DNA of 64,000 nucleotides from Macrostomum lignano (Eukaryota): NCBI GenBank assembly GCA_002269645.1, contig NIVC01000232.1, positions 1 to 64,000 of the forward strand, read 5' to 3'. Shown piece by piece: positions 1 to 15,142 of this stretch (position 1 is its first letter; each line of letters starts with the position of its first letter). The notes under the pieces were generated by a model. It saw only the letters and a program-made list of their open reading frames with translations, ran no database searches and was not told where the DNA came from. The position numbers and the translations under genes were made by a program.

Positions 1-420
1 GCCATTATTCTAGGCAGAAAAGTATTTGGCTGAAACACTTTGGATGCGTTATTTTATCTGGGCCCAGGTTGGATATGGCACGACATAAGTCATGCCAAGC
101 GCATGACTTCTTGAGAGGCTGATTTCTCTCTGGGGGGAGATTAAAAAGTCATAATCACAGTTTAAGCCGTGATCTGATATCACCTTGAAATGAATACTGC
201 CGAATTTTTTACAGCCGCGCATTCTTGTCTGCAGGGCTGTTAACAAAATTTCAAAGTTCTCTGACTTTTAGTACATCTAAACTAGACAGTATATGTACCA
301 TTGTAAATTTTGTTACGCAACACGTTGCCTATAAATAGCTGAAAGTTTAAACATATCGACTACACTAGACAGACATAAGTATGTCTGTCGCGTATTCCGA
401 TATAAAACTTTACTTGCTTA

Positions 421-933
421 GTGGTGCATACGAACGACATCTTTGCGTCTTCGACAACAACAAAGGAGAAGAACAACTTCAAAAGCAAGGTTCGACAAAA
501 GGAGCGCAACTTGAGGTACGAGGGCCAGCAGCTGTTCTATGATGTTAGAAGAAGCTCCATCGGTCAACGTACGGAGCGTCGCCTGGAGGCGAAAGATCAA
601 AAAGATTTGTCGATTGATCAAAGAAGATCGCACCTCTGCTACTGGAGGAGCTCATCAGGGGATAAAGTCCAACCCATCGAAGCTGCAGGGCGATTTCACA
701 GGGACGACAGGACAAAATCTGCAAGATCGCGCTCGTACGTTCAGAAGTACGCGTCTACCAGCAGCCTCAGCTTTAAAGTCGGTGACAAGGTGCTGCTGCG
801 GAATTTTTTCCGTTACGATCGGAAAGGCGGCGAACTGAATACATCGTGGTGTACCAAGGTTTACACGGTCGAACGTGTCGTCCTAGACAACAACCTGTAC
901 GGACTCGAAAGGGAAATGTACAGCAATCAATGA
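421..933 (+). mobile_element. Internally deleted Gypsy-type/Ginger-like integrase remnant
   Basis: C-terminus FKVGDKVLLRN..RKGGELNTSW..VYTV resembles the GPY/F module after Gypsy/Ginger integrases; no DDE core; no termini found. Confidence 0.4.
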
Positions 934-3710
934 CCTGAAGAAATACCACGAATTGGTGATTTAAAGAATTTCTAATATTTTAAGAGTATTTTAGGCTCTT
1001 GTAAAATAATATTAAAATAATTGCTGCACAAGTTCAAATTGGCGTCATCTAAAGTACTTGGTTTGAACTAGAGACTAAAAAAGGTTTTTAACTTGACTCA
1101 CTATAAACTTTGTGATTTAGAGCAATGTAAACTTAATGGAAGATCTAGAGAGTATGACTTAAACGATAAGGAAGTTTGATAATTCAACATATAGCTACTC
1201 GAAATTTATTTGCGTTTCTTTGTATAACTTGCAGGATTTATCTTGAGGACAGGCTAGATTAGCTATTTGTGGTTAATTTACTCGTATTTTTCACATCCAG
1301 CGTTATAATACGAGTATTATAAAGTGCATTAATTAATATTGTGTACGGGTACAATTCATTCAGTTCTCGATTGTTGTCTTTTTGTTGCAATTTGCTTTGC
1401 AGTAATAATTTATTGTCTACTCGCAATGCTGTCGGAATATTTTAGGACGAATTAAATAAAGCATAAGATAGTTTCTGCTCAGTGAGTGAGAGAATTCAAG
1501 ATGACCGAATGAGTTTGGATAACTGAAAAGTATTTGGCCAAATGCGTTTGTCGTCTTGTTTCATTCAGCCGAATAAAACAACGCAGGATTTTTTTAAGAC
1601 ATGACACCGGGTCCAGACCAATTCTGATTGGCTGGCCGCGCAAAACTGGGATACGTTGATGAGTTGCAGGTCGCTTCAACCCCTCTGTTTGGCCAACTGG
1701 TTCTGAAATTGTGGCCAACTATTTCGAAATAAAAAACTCTGAACTGACAATGCACTTTGAAAAGTATGACTAAAATAGAATAAAGTACATGTAACAATTA
1801 ATAATTTAGCAATAACTATAATAATTCAGCAATTACGAGTAATTCACGTAAGATGCTCACATTACACCATTGTTGTGACTTGGCCTGATCTAGTGTGACA
1901 CAGAATCCCCTTCAGCGGACGAGCTAAGGGTCGCTTCAGCCCGCTGGCCGGACTGACTCCAATATCTCAGCGTGAGATCGCATCGAACACTGAGCCGGTC
2001 CGTCCCTAGATCCCACAAATGGAGCGTTTCCGAAGGCAGTTATTCCCACGCAAATAAAGCGGGTGGAAGCGAAGCAGAGCGGCCGAGAGGTTTCTAATAC
2101 TCGTATTAGTGCCAAGTTCCTAGATTGAGTCGTCGAGATAGGTTCTAAAAGGGTGCGCTCTTCCTCACTCTACTTCAACTCATATTTATATTTATCACGC
2201 ACAACCCCACCCCTAAACCCTTGTGGTTTGGACCCACAGCCATTTCTCGGCCGCCGATTGGCCGGCACGAGCGCGTACGTAAAGAAAAAAATCACAACTG
2301 AGTAATGGGGAACGCTAGGCGGGCAGCTCAGCCAATCACACGAAAATGGGGTGGGGCGATGCGCGAAAACTTCTTAAAATTTAGCAAAGCGGGGGTCGGC
2401 GGACACGTGAGGAAAGGTGCAATGAAGGGTTCACCCGCACTGAGGGCTGAATAGATCACTCAACACCATTACCAATATGCAATTGGTTCAGACATATTTC
2501 AAAACTGATTTAGGCAATCTTGGACCCACAGAGCTAATAGCGGTAATTGAACCAGTATTTGTGTGCTCTCTGTGACTATTGAGGTCTTTTCGACTAGGAA
2601 TAATACTTGGACTAGTAGTATACAAAACCGACTATACAAAACTAGCGTAGTTTTACTAAAACCGACTTGATTAGAGTCGAATTATAAGTGCTACGAATCA
2701 TGTTATCAAATCGATGAGAGCTAGCCTGGATGTGAACAGACTACTGAACTGCTAATCCGGCGACCTGGGTTCGAACTTTAGTAGTGAAAAAAGGGCCGTA
2801 CCATATAGCTACACGTGTGTAATGCCAGTTCCATACAGTTACGGACATACGGAGGAATACATACGGAGCAACTGCTATCTAAGTCAAAGAACTTCAGCTT
2901 TATTGTCTCTCTCTGAAGCGTGACAATCAGGTGTGTATATAAAATTCGGACAGCAAAAATCACAGATTGAGGATGCATGGGCTGTCCCGACTCCACTCTA
3001 GTCGCCAATCAGCAATTGGAAGCAGCAATAGTGCTTTATAATCAACTACACTTTACTGTCAGCTAGTACATGTAGCTTGTTTTCCCGGAGAATTACTTGT
3101 AGGTTGTGTTTGAGTAGGACGAAAAACTCGAAAGCCAACTAGCAGTACAAGAACTAGCGATGCCTATTGCCCAACGTCAGATTGGACACAACCCGACCGT
3201 TTGAAAATTTTTAGCATGTGGAAGTAAAATTCTACTACATGCTTGCATCCAGCTCATAAAATAGATAAATAAAATTAATTTTTAGTCATAATTCATTATT
3301 CATGCTTAGTACAGACTATTTTTTTTATTACGGAGTGGAGGGTTTAGCATAAAGTGCCAAAGCTGCAGCCGGAAATTCCTTTTTAGTTTTCTTTTAACGA
3401 CTCTAAAACATTGCATGCAGTGGCAACGGATCTGACGGGTACCCAAAAACGAGTCATGAGCTACAGAAACAGAACTTCAGAACTGGCTGAAATCTCTTTT
3501 GTAAGAATGGGTGAGTGCCACAGACATCGGCTACAGCGAGCCGTGAGGGAGTAAGAGAACAGTAGCAGCATCTCAGCCAGTTCTGAACTTTGTTGCTTGT
3601 GAATGGAAGCGAATGGAAAAGCATCGCCATGAAAGCTAGCTTTCTCACCGATCACTGTCTAAAGGCAGAAAATAACCGGTGTTTTTAACATCATAAAAAA
3701 TCCCGGTATA

Positions 3711-4145
3711 ATCACCAACCATGAGTCACTTGTGCACCTCACCGATCACTAACCATGAGTCACTTGTGCACCTCACTGATCACAAACCATGAGTCACTTG
3801 TGCCCCTCACTGATCACCAGCCATGAGTCACTTGTGCACCTCACCGATCACCAGCCATGAGTCACTTGTGCACCTCACCGATCACCAACCATGAGTCACT
3901 TGTGCACCTCACCGATCACCAACCATGAGTCACTTGTGCACCTCACTGATCACCAACCATGAGTCACTTGTGCACCTCACCGATCACCAACCATGAGTCA
4001 CTTGTGCACCTCACTGATCACCAACCATGAGTCACTTGTGCACCTCACCGATCACCAACCATGAGTCACTTGTGCACCTCACCGATCACCAACCATGCGT
4101 CACTTGTGCACCTCACCGATCACCAACCATGAGTCACTTGTGCAT
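3711..4145. repeat. 34-bp minisatellite, 13 units (ATGAGTCACTTGTGCACCTCACCGATCACCAACC)
   Basis: Units start at 3721+34n up to 4129; no spacers; unit 12 has the variant ATGCGTCAC. Confidence 0.97.
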
Positions 4146-4724
4146 CTGGACACGGAAGGTGCCTCAATTGCTTCTTTAATGTGTACAGGTGTTTCAGAGG
4201 GTGTCTGTCGAGGGTGAAAAGAAGTTTATCTAAAATGCAGTTCAAGTATTTATGAGCACCGTGGATCGTAAAGGCAAAATTACATTTTTAATTTCGACTG
4301 ATATTTTGCAGAAAATAAAAATCAAACCTGTGCAATTCGTTTCAAGTTAAAAAAACTTATGAATTCAATATTTTTTTCTATAATATTTATGGTTCAACCA
4401 AAAGAGTCAGAGATCGGAATTCGTTTTCGAAATTCGAAATGTTTCAAGGGTTTTTTTAATGCACTGAGAATACCTTTTTCTAAATGGAATAATAAGGTAA
4501 AATCATATAAATTTGAAAACTTGCCCAAACAAAAAGTAAGAAGTAAAAAGTAGTCCGAGAAATTTCTCATTATTTGAAAAATGGTACACTGATATTAAAT
4601 TTTGAGCAGGTAGCTATTTCAAATTTTTTTGGAGAAAGACGCTGCGCTAACACACTCAAAAAGGGCTAAGGGATCGCAAAAGCTAAAAGCAAAGCATTTT
4701 TTGCTTACTAGCCCAAAATTCAGC

Positions 4725-4731
4725 TATAAAA
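4725..4731 (+). promoter_or_regulatory. Candidate TATA box of the prepropeptide gene
   Basis: TATAAAA at 4725; Inr-like TCAG at ~4762; probable 5'UTR intron (donor 4887, acceptor 4980) before ATG 5024. Confidence 0.55.
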
Positions 4732-5023
4732 GGCGCCTGCTTTTGCCCCTGCAGCGTTTAGCTTTCTCACGTCAGACTTTTAAATAGCTAGCTCGCATTT
4801 TATTTGTTTAAAACTTTAATTCTTTTGAAGAGAATTAAACATATTACGTGTCTTGAGGACTTGAGCGTTTGCTTTTGAATAACCAGGTAGCATTGAAATC
4901 GCTTTTCAGTGACATTATTCTTTACCGATATCGCACCATTGGCATGTAAATTCGTGTCACTTTATCGCCTCACCTCACAGGTACAAAACTGTGTGCAAAC
5001 TTGCATCGAACTACCGCCTTGTG

Positions 5024-5365
5024 ATGTCAAACCGAAGCTCGCTGATGCAGCTTGCGCTTCTTGCGCTGCTCTTCTGTTCAACTGCCATTGTACAAGCCGA
5101 ATCTGAGATCGGTAGGTTTGAAATCACGCGCGTTATGCCGATCTGATAGGCCTTAGAGTGCTCTCTTACAAAGACTTCTGATCCCTGATTTCCACTTCCA
5201 GAGGATGACGACGTTGTGGATCCGTCGAGCAGAGCTGTCGACGACTCAATCGAGGAACCTCTTATGCCGAGCTCAACCACCAAACGGCGTGCTGCATCCG
5301 CGGGCCGGGAAAAGCGTGTCTTTGGTGGATTTCCATGGCCATGTAGGCCCGGCTACTGTAGATGA
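5024..5365 (+). CDS. Two-exon secreted prepropeptide, 83 aa (exons 5024-5111, 5202-5365)
   Basis: Spliced translation MSNRSSLMQLALLALLFCSTAIVQAESEIEDDDVVDPSSRAVDDSIEEPLMPSSTTKRRAASAGREKRVFGGFPWPCRPGYCR*. Phase-1 90-nt intron GTAGGT..TTCCAG; hydrophobic signal, acidic pro-region, KRR and KR sites; AATAAA at 5640. Confidence 0.75.
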
Positions 5366-7565
5366 AATCGTCATGCCATTTCTTAGCAGATCTGTCTGGA
5401 GCTTCTCGCTACGTTCTTGCAAGAACGTAACAGATCTGCACTATTTAAATATATAGGCAGAACTTACAAGATCTGCAGGAAGATCTTGCACGGTCTGCAC
5501 GAGCAGATCTTAGGAGATCTGGGCAGATCTTGTAAGATGTATTAAGCTTTACCAATTGAATGCATTGTCCGTCTTATCAAATCTTCCCAGATCTGTTTAG
5601 TAATCCATTTATAAAACCCCGATGCACTAATCTAATTCCAATAAAGAACACGAGTTATGACAGGACTTTCTTATTTGATTCTGCACTTTTAGTATTGTGC
5701 TAGTAAGCTGCCAGAACAAAATCAAATGTCATTGAACAATCAAAATAAAGTAGACATATTTATTTGTGAAAATGTAAACAAATACACATATATGCTCATG
5801 AAATAAAACTTGTATGCACAAGGGAAATAGCACAAGCAAAAAATAAGTCAACTTTAAAACAAAAGTTAAGCACACATTCAATAGAAAAAATACTAATGGA
5901 AATCAACTTGTGCTTTTCGTGTGTTCTAACAGTAGCTAAAACTTGATCAGAAAATTGTTCAGAGTGTCTTATTCATTTCTATAGTAAAACCCCCAAATCG
6001 GGAGTAGTATTGAGATCCGCTAAAAAGCGAGAAATCGCCTCAGGGCAGTAATAGTAAATTCGCCTCAGGGCAGGAGAACCGCCTCAGAGCGAGGGAAAGA
6101 TCGCCTCAGGGCAGAGAAAGAGCATAAGCTGTGACCCTCTGATCCAGGGAACGCCCAGGACTGAGAGAATAATATTTTTAGGGGAAGTATAGGAATAGAA
6201 TAGACAGTGCTATTAGACCGCTCAGGCCAGAAAGTACAATAGAAGTACATACGCTACCAATAGAAGTACATATGCTACCAATAGAAAGACAATTAATAAC
6301 CAGTAGATTTGTTAAGGAGAAATAGCTTTATTACAACTTTGGTGGCATTTAGTCGTATTCTAGGTGCACAGGAATCCCCCCTGTAACAACTGTGGTGGCA
6401 GCTAGTACGGCTAGCAAAAGAATAATTAAGAGCCCTGGGACAATAGCTATACTCAATCAACAAAGTTATTATGGCTAAAAAAATAGTCATACTACACTAT
6501 GAAACAAGTTAAGGAATTAAAATTACGTATTCGGCTAAGTCAAAAGAAAGAACTGAGATGGATGCAGAATTTCGCGAGAGAGATAGAGAGAGAAAAAAAC
6601 CCGAAATTAAACTTTTAGAGTTTTATTGGCCGTGTTCTGCGTGAGGATCTGTTACGACAGAAGTATATTTTCCTGCAGAAGTCAGATCATCTTCGCACAT
6701 TGTTAAACGGTGCTTGGATTCGTGCGTAGAAATTTTCTTGTGATCTTTACCGATATAATAACTTTTACCTCCATGTTTACAAAAGTGTGCAGTAAAGTTT
6801 TCTTTTCAAATTAAAAAGCACCGATTATCGACAATTAAGTTCTATGGTAGAGAATTGACATATAGCAAATGCTTAAAACGATGTACTTTATTTGAGACTG
6901 AGTTTTGTTTGAGAAGTAAACTAGCAATATTGTAGCTGTAGCCTGTATGGCGTCCAAAAACGTGAAATTTTCAAAATAGAAAATTTCTCAGAAAAAAATA
7001 GTTTAGTAGGAAGTGTAGTAAAATTGTGATGCCGCTTTTTAGTCTATCTACAAACGATACTTAGTTATAATATTTTTTTCCAGAATAGATTCGAAAACCA
7101 ATATGAAATGAGTTGTAATTAGAAGTTTACATTTCTATGAGTTTAATAGGTTGTAACTACTTAAAAATTAGTTCAGTAGTATACTTGGTTAATTACTAGC
7201 CTTTTAAGCTTCTCCAGAAGCGCAAAAATGCCACCATGAGGCTTCCATCTGTGTGCGAGAGCAATTTACGTTACTGTTTCTCCTTTATGGAATGACCCGA
7301 GTCAAAAAAATTTAAGCAGCCCCTTTTCATTTAGCTATCAAAGCTTTTCTCGGCAACAACAAAAACGCGCCTAGTGCCTATCGTCATTAGCCTGGGAATA
7401 TTCTGGTTCCCTGCAGCCTTAGATCCCCATATTTATTTGCCTTTAAGTCAAAGAATCAAATATTTCTAATAAATATTTTCTATTAACGGAAGTCAGCATC
7501 ATTTACATGTGTTGTTATCTCATTAATTGAATCAAAATAGACTAACTGAGCCGCTTTTGTAATTA

Positions 7566-7566
<1 letters not shown>

Positions 7567-7648
<82 letters not shown>

Positions 7649-7657
7649 TAATCAATT

Positions 7658-7712
<55 letters not shown>

Positions 7713-7723
7713 TAATCAATCAA
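7567..7723. repeat. (ATCA)n microsatellite
   Basis: Direct reading. Confidence 0.98.
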
Positions 7724-8637
7724 TTAATCTAGACTAGAACTAGAACTACGCTCACTGCACTCCTCACTGACCAGCAGTTCGATACACCAGTTGTATTTTG
7801 TTGCGCACCTTCTCAAACCAGAATCAAGTTTCCAGCCTTCCGGACCGTCGAGATATTCGACGATTCTGTCAGGAGGTCGGATTTTTCCCACAAGCGTTAG
7901 TGTATTCAGTACACCCCTGTGCGCCAATCATCACTGCACCTGAGTGCAGCCCTGCCAAGTCTCCAAATTTCATCAGTACGTCGATCACATATTTCTGCAT
8001 CAGCTCTGCCTTAGTTGGTCACTGGCCTTTACCCAGACGGAGCTTTTGGACCTTCAACAGGTGGCACGAGGTGACTACAAACACTCTGATGCGAATATCA
8101 CTAGTTTCGCTGATCAAGCCTTGACAGTGGGCAAAACTCAATTGCTGGACAGCCTCAAGTTGTCTCTCAAGCATTCCGTCATCCCGCGACACCGTCGGCA
8201 CCTTCAACAGATTACACCAGGTGACATCCTCTTGGTAGTTCGACGGGCAAAAAATGGCTTGGTATTCCTACTGTTAATGCCTTGGGCTACATTTTCCCGC
8301 ACCCACAAGCCTACTGTCGAGCGATCGGGTCAAGTGTCAGTAAGGGTCTGTGATCTCCCTCGGACCGATGCGATAGTGTATTTTACTTTCCAGAGAGAAA
8401 GAATGAGAGGTCATAGCTCTCTCCTCCATTGTACTCCTACGTTTTATCACGAGCTGCGGGGAGTGGCAGTGGCTGTGCCGCACTTTTATCGCGCGACCTA
8501 CACAGTCAGTCAGGGGTGGCATAGCAGCATTTGAACGCTGATAGCAGCCCTGACTTTCTAATCTTCAGACATGTCACACTCTCTGTGCTTTGGGGCTGGC
8601 ACTAATGAGTGTGAATCGCACGACAACTGGAGCACAA

Positions 8638-8697
8638 AGAATCGAACCAGGGGTCATGGCGCGAGTCAGATGCGTTTATACTGAGCTGCTCAGCCTC
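8638..8697 (-). mobile_element. tRNA-derived SINE head fragment
   Basis: Minus strand has A-box-like AGCTCAGT and B-box GGTTCGATTC. Confidence 0.45.
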
Positions 8698-8924
8698 TAT
8701 TTGTGCTCATTTCAGTTGATAAAAATGTTAAACTTCAACATTTAGCTCCTGGAGACGTCGAATGAAAGAAGAAAGTTGCTCCTCAGATTTACTTGGAACG
8801 GATTTTGAAACAAATATGTTTCGTATTTGTGCATAGAATTTTATACTCGAGTACTTTGAATTAATTATGGAATTAAACATATATTCCTGCTTATTCAGAC
8901 CGCACTCAAATTTATGAAATTCAT

Positions 8925-9283
8925 TTTTTTAGAGCCAGGGGGGTTGTGTGCACCCTGGCGCACTTTAAGCGACATAGGCACACAACCGGCGAGAGGCATT
9001 ACTGCCCATTCCGCCGACTCCCCTGAGCAGGCATAAAAGCGCGCGGATACGTACGCAGGCACACACTCACACAGGAGTGTACAGCGGCCCTAACTTTATT
9101 TTATCGTTAGGCATGTACACTTCACTGCGCCTTGGGGGGGTTGGCTCTCAAGGCCGTTAATTGCACGAGCAGAGCCAAGCCGAGATTCCAATTCAGCCCC
9201 AAATTAATGTGACTGCACTTGGAATCGAGCCTGGGTCGCTGGCACACCAGAGCCTGCGCTAGACCGCTGGGCTACGGCCCCCC
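8925..9283 (-). mobile_element. tRNA-derived SINE with target-site duplication
   Basis: A box TAGCCCAGCGG, B box GGCTCGATTCC, short A-tail; flanked by TTTATGAAATTCAT at 8911-8924 and 9284-9297. Confidence 0.85.
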
Positions 9284-9800
9284 TTTATGAAATTCATATT
9301 TATTAGCTTATTTGGTGACATACACAAGAAAATGAAAAACAAAATGCATTGCTCTTAATTGCATCAACCAGCAGGCAGTCGACACCTGTGCTCCTGTGCT
9401 CATGATGTAGATCGTGATCGCAGCATCGACAACTGGTCACTTTTGGTAACTTAATTGGACAAGACTGTCTCAGTCAATGGACTGAAAGGACACCGTTCTC
9501 TTTCAGTCAGGAGCGGACTGAAATTGATGCTTTTATCTGCACTAATGAAAATTTCCTGAGGGTGGCTGCGGGAGGTGGGGTCGCCTGGCCACCCTGCGCC
9601 CTGACTCCTCATGACACTTGACTTGCCCGCCAGCTCACTGCTGCGGCCTGCCATGGGAAACACTGAATTGCTAGGAAGTTGGCTTTGGGATAGTGTTGGA
9701 TAGGGGAGAGACAAAATACAACTGCTATATCGGACTGGTCAGTCAGGAGTGCAGTGAGGATAGATCTAGTAGTTGTGAACAGAATATGCATAAATGCGTT

Positions 9801-11356
<1,556 letters not shown>

Positions 11357-14300
11357 CTAGCAATCTTGTACCCCCCCCCTTTCGGTGCGGCTAATAAGCA
11401 AGGGACGAAAATTATTTGTACTTGATGAGGACGCACTTTTTCCCAAATTCCACGCTAGCACATGGGCTCTAAACTTACTAGCATACTGACAGCAGGCTAT
11501 GGGCATTTTTCTCCTTTTTTGCAAATTACGAGTATCACAGAATTTATACTAGATATATGATTTTGCCATACTGGTAGTCATAATAACATAGTCGCAGCTT
11601 TTTGAGTTATAAATCATCGCTTGTGAAGCTGGTCTGACAGCCACCTGCGCCTCACTCAGTGTTGAGTCTGGCGCCAGATGGTCTGAGGGGATGCGAATGG
11701 TGGCTTTTTTCTCATCATTTTTGACAGGCCATCAAATTTATGAGGTCAGAGCCTATTGTTCGGGTTCACTCAAGCGTGTGACAGCTTTGACAGCTATGCG
11801 TTTTACCCCTAAAATACTTTGGGATTAGCGATTAGCGATTTCTCTTCATTATCTTCACTTTCTACTTAATAAGAGCTTTCTAATGTATGTTTTTTCATTT
11901 ATGTTCGTCAATTCTACGCGAAAAGTCATAAATCATTTTGTTGCGATTTTGATTGATTTATGGCCGCACCTGTCATATTTTTACGAACCCGAGGGAACTG
12001 ATAGGATCTCCCAGTCACATGACTTTGGGTAGCAACAAGCTCAGTCAATCAGAAACTTCGAGGCGCATTTTAACCAATCAGAATCGACGTGTTCCATTAT
12101 AACAAACTGCGGTCCAGTTGGCGGCTATTTAAACCGGTGTTTTTGGCCTGCTCGGACCTCAACTGGCTCGGAACTTCCTGTTACTTGCTCGGGCCCAGTA
12201 CGCGACAGTCATTTCTTGATCCCTGGATTGCGACTTCCCCCCATCATCATCAAGGACGAGTCCCCCCGGTCGTCAGCAGTGAACATTCAAAGTGAAGAGC
12301 ATCACCTGCTAGCTAACAGCGAAGATTGTGACAGCATCATCCCGAGTCTACAGCTGCAGAACATCAAGCCGATTCGGTCACTGTGGATTTCCTGGTCTCC
12401 GGCTGTTGAGTTTCTGATTGGTTGGGTGAGAGACTGCCTAGACTTGCTTGATTGGGTGATTCCTTATCTGTCCCCTGTTTCAGTAGCTGGATTAGGCGCA
12501 CACTTTTGCTCATTTTGTTCAGTAGTGCTGTTGCTGAGGCAGAAATCATTCAATAATACTGCTAGTAGTCTAAAACTCCAATTCAATCTGAAGTGTGAAG
12601 TGAACTAAGGAGAAGGTTAAATCTAACAGTTATTTTTATCGGTTTTATTTCTTTGTTCGCCGATGGCTCAGATGATTAGCTATGCTAGTCGGCGCCGGTC
12701 ACAGTGGACCAATGGCAAGGCAGTTCTCAGTCGATAAATCTATCAAATCAGTTAGCGATGTTGCCAATAGTTCAAAATCGGCTCCAAAGATGTACTCTGT
12801 GCACTCTAGGTTAGCCAAGCGGCTCGGGTAATGAATCATGCGGTCTCTGAAGTTCGAGTTAGTCTATCATCAGCGCTAGGAGAGGCTGGTTGGCGCGTTG
12901 AAGGCCAAAAGTACAATTCCTTGTATTTAGCAATGTAATAGTACATGTAGCTACCCCATAGACTCGCCACTGCAATAATCCCCTGCACAAGTCCCCTCTG
13001 TACCTGCATGGCCAATGCGATCTAGTCCCAGCAGTGTCCCTTGTCATCGGCTATGACTTCGAGATTGACAGCAAAAAGACACTTGTTAGCAGGTAAGTGC
13101 AAAGCCCCTCCTAGTCCGAAGCCCAATTTCGAGAGTCCCGGTGTGGTGAGCCAGGACGTACGGGCTGGTGGCAGCGAGTTAGTTGATCTGCTGATTAGCT
13201 AATTTCTACCTTCAAAATTCTCCCTGCTTGTCTCTCGCTGTCCCTCTCTTAGCTATAGGACCTAGACTGCTCGCCACACGATCAAGCTACCATGGGGCTG
13301 ACCATCTGACAGGAGTGGGGGGCCAGGACTCTAATTGATTTATTTCTGAGACCTGAGGCCCCTAGGCTTCCCCAAAAAGGGGCCGAAAAGTCGAAACCCA
13401 TCATATTACTTTAAAAAACATATCTTAGCAATACATCTCCCCATGCCCCCATGAGCCTTGACATCTCAGCAATTCCCCCATGAACCTTGACATCTATGCA
13501 GAATCTAGGCAGACATCTGTACGATCAATTGATTTCCAAATTACAACACTGTGTGAAAATAAAGTAATGATGCTTTCGCACATGGCGAATTTAATTATTG
13601 TAGTTCTATATTCTTGAGAAACTTTAACTAGAATAACTTTTGTTTGAACAGCGAAAAGTAAATAAATACGCTCGTAGTATATACAATCGAAAGTAAAAAA
13701 AATTATACTACTTTTCAATATAGACCAACGTAGTATACACGATACGATTGCGTGTAATGGTCCGACCGGGCGTAGCTTGGTTGGGTGTTAAACCAGTGGG
13801 GCGTGGCTCTTGTGCGTTGGTGCGGGGGGTGGTGGGCCGGGCCTTGGTCACGTGCCCGCGGCCTGGGTGGCGTTTATTTAATACGGTGCGGGCTGTCGCT
13901 GACCCGCCAAGCGCGTATTGATTTTTTTCTCGCTTTTAAGTCTCCAAGGTTTTTATTTGGCTTTTAAGTCCGGTAAATTAAAGTTAATAAATACGCTCGA
14001 ATACTCGTACAATATGGCCAGGCTCGAACCTGCGCCTCTCGTGCCAACTGCCTTGACTTCGTCTCACTGGTTTAAGCCATTTCAGTTATGAATTTTAACG
14101 AAAGCATACGAGCGTTGCTTGCTACATCTTTCTAACGCAGTATTAGAATACTTGAATAAGCAGAATCAGACAGATCTTCAGACATTCAGCATTTAACAAC
14201 AGCCAGACAGACAGACAAAATAATGCATCAAGTCAATACAGTACACGCAGCTAGAGTAAAATATTCAAATATGGGTAGAAAACCAAATTACAAAAGCAGA

Positions 14301-14490
14301 GTTCGAATTCAATTGAACTTAAGTTATATAGAGTTTTTCTTGAAGGCAAACCAGTAGCTTCTTCATTCCTCTCGTTCTAAGCATATAGATATTTTCTGAT
14401 TAAAAGCTTAACTATTTTCAATCTTTTTTAGACTGCAATGCTACTGAAGCTCTGCTCTTTTGGCTTGAAGCTGAGAGCAAAGTATATATA

Positions 14491-15142
14491 CTTTTTTGCG
14501 ATTGAATTCGTCCAAACTGCAAAACCTTTCGTCCACAAACGCTTTCTTAATGGGAGCTAAATTTAGATCATACCATAGACAACTGTGTTCACGCAAAACG
14601 GCTCATCCAGTTTGTAAAACATTTCGTCCCCTAGACTAGAGACCGACCGAGTGTACTGTTCCTACCATAGTTAACACCCAATTGACAGTTCGCTTTTGCT
14701 ACCACTACAGCTACAGCAACGCATATCTTCCATTCTGAACCCGGCAAAACAGTCGAAGATGAACCGAGGCCTGGCGGATGCACATTTTGAAGAGAGAGGT
14801 CGAAGCTGCACTGCACGTGATTACACAGGAGAAGTGCCAGCAATGGACCAATCACGCTGTGGGTTACTACGGCCGCTGTTTGGACTACGAAGACATTTTG
14901 AACTAACATTCTAACAAGAGACACTGTTTTTGCTTTGTTCAATATCTCGTGATAGCAAATAAAGTCGCTCCGTTTAGCTGTTAGCTGTTTGGACGAATGG
15001 TTTAGACGAAATGTTTTACAAACTGGATGAACCGTTTTGCGTGAACACAGTTGTCTATGGTATAATCTAGATTTAGCTCCCATTAAGAAAGCGTTTGTGG
15101 ACGAAGGTTTTTGCAGTTTGGACGAATTCAATCGCAAAAAAG
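14491..15142 (+). mobile_element. Non-autonomous Tc1/IS630-like DNA transposon (deletion derivative)
   Basis: 138-bp TIRs (14491-14628 and 15005-15142) flanked by TA. Interior keeps VEDEPRPG and a transposase-like C-terminus (KREVEAALHVITQEKCQQWTNHAVGYYGRCLDYEDILN*). Confidence 0.85.

Noticed and set aside
3711-4145. CRISPR-like appearance of the 34-bp array (and the 30-bp array at 52430)
   Set aside because: Head-to-tail repeats without unique spacers, no cas genes, eukaryotic context.
7798-8534. 196-aa and overlapping ORFs
   Set aside because: No recognisable motif or splice structure; probably decayed TE sequence.
8638-9283. tRNA genes at A/B-box motifs (also ~2750, ~14030, 27270, 35440)
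   Set aside because: No complete cloverleaf; one has a tail and TSD and others a CORE domain, so they are SINE-derived.
9451-9714. Weak resemblance to a Penelope ORF N-terminus beside the first GATA array
   Set aside because: Similarity too short to support without a profile search.
13753-14011. Possible solo LTRs here and at ~1871-2205 and ~6000-6390
   Set aside because: TG..CA-like ends but no TSD or second copy in the window.
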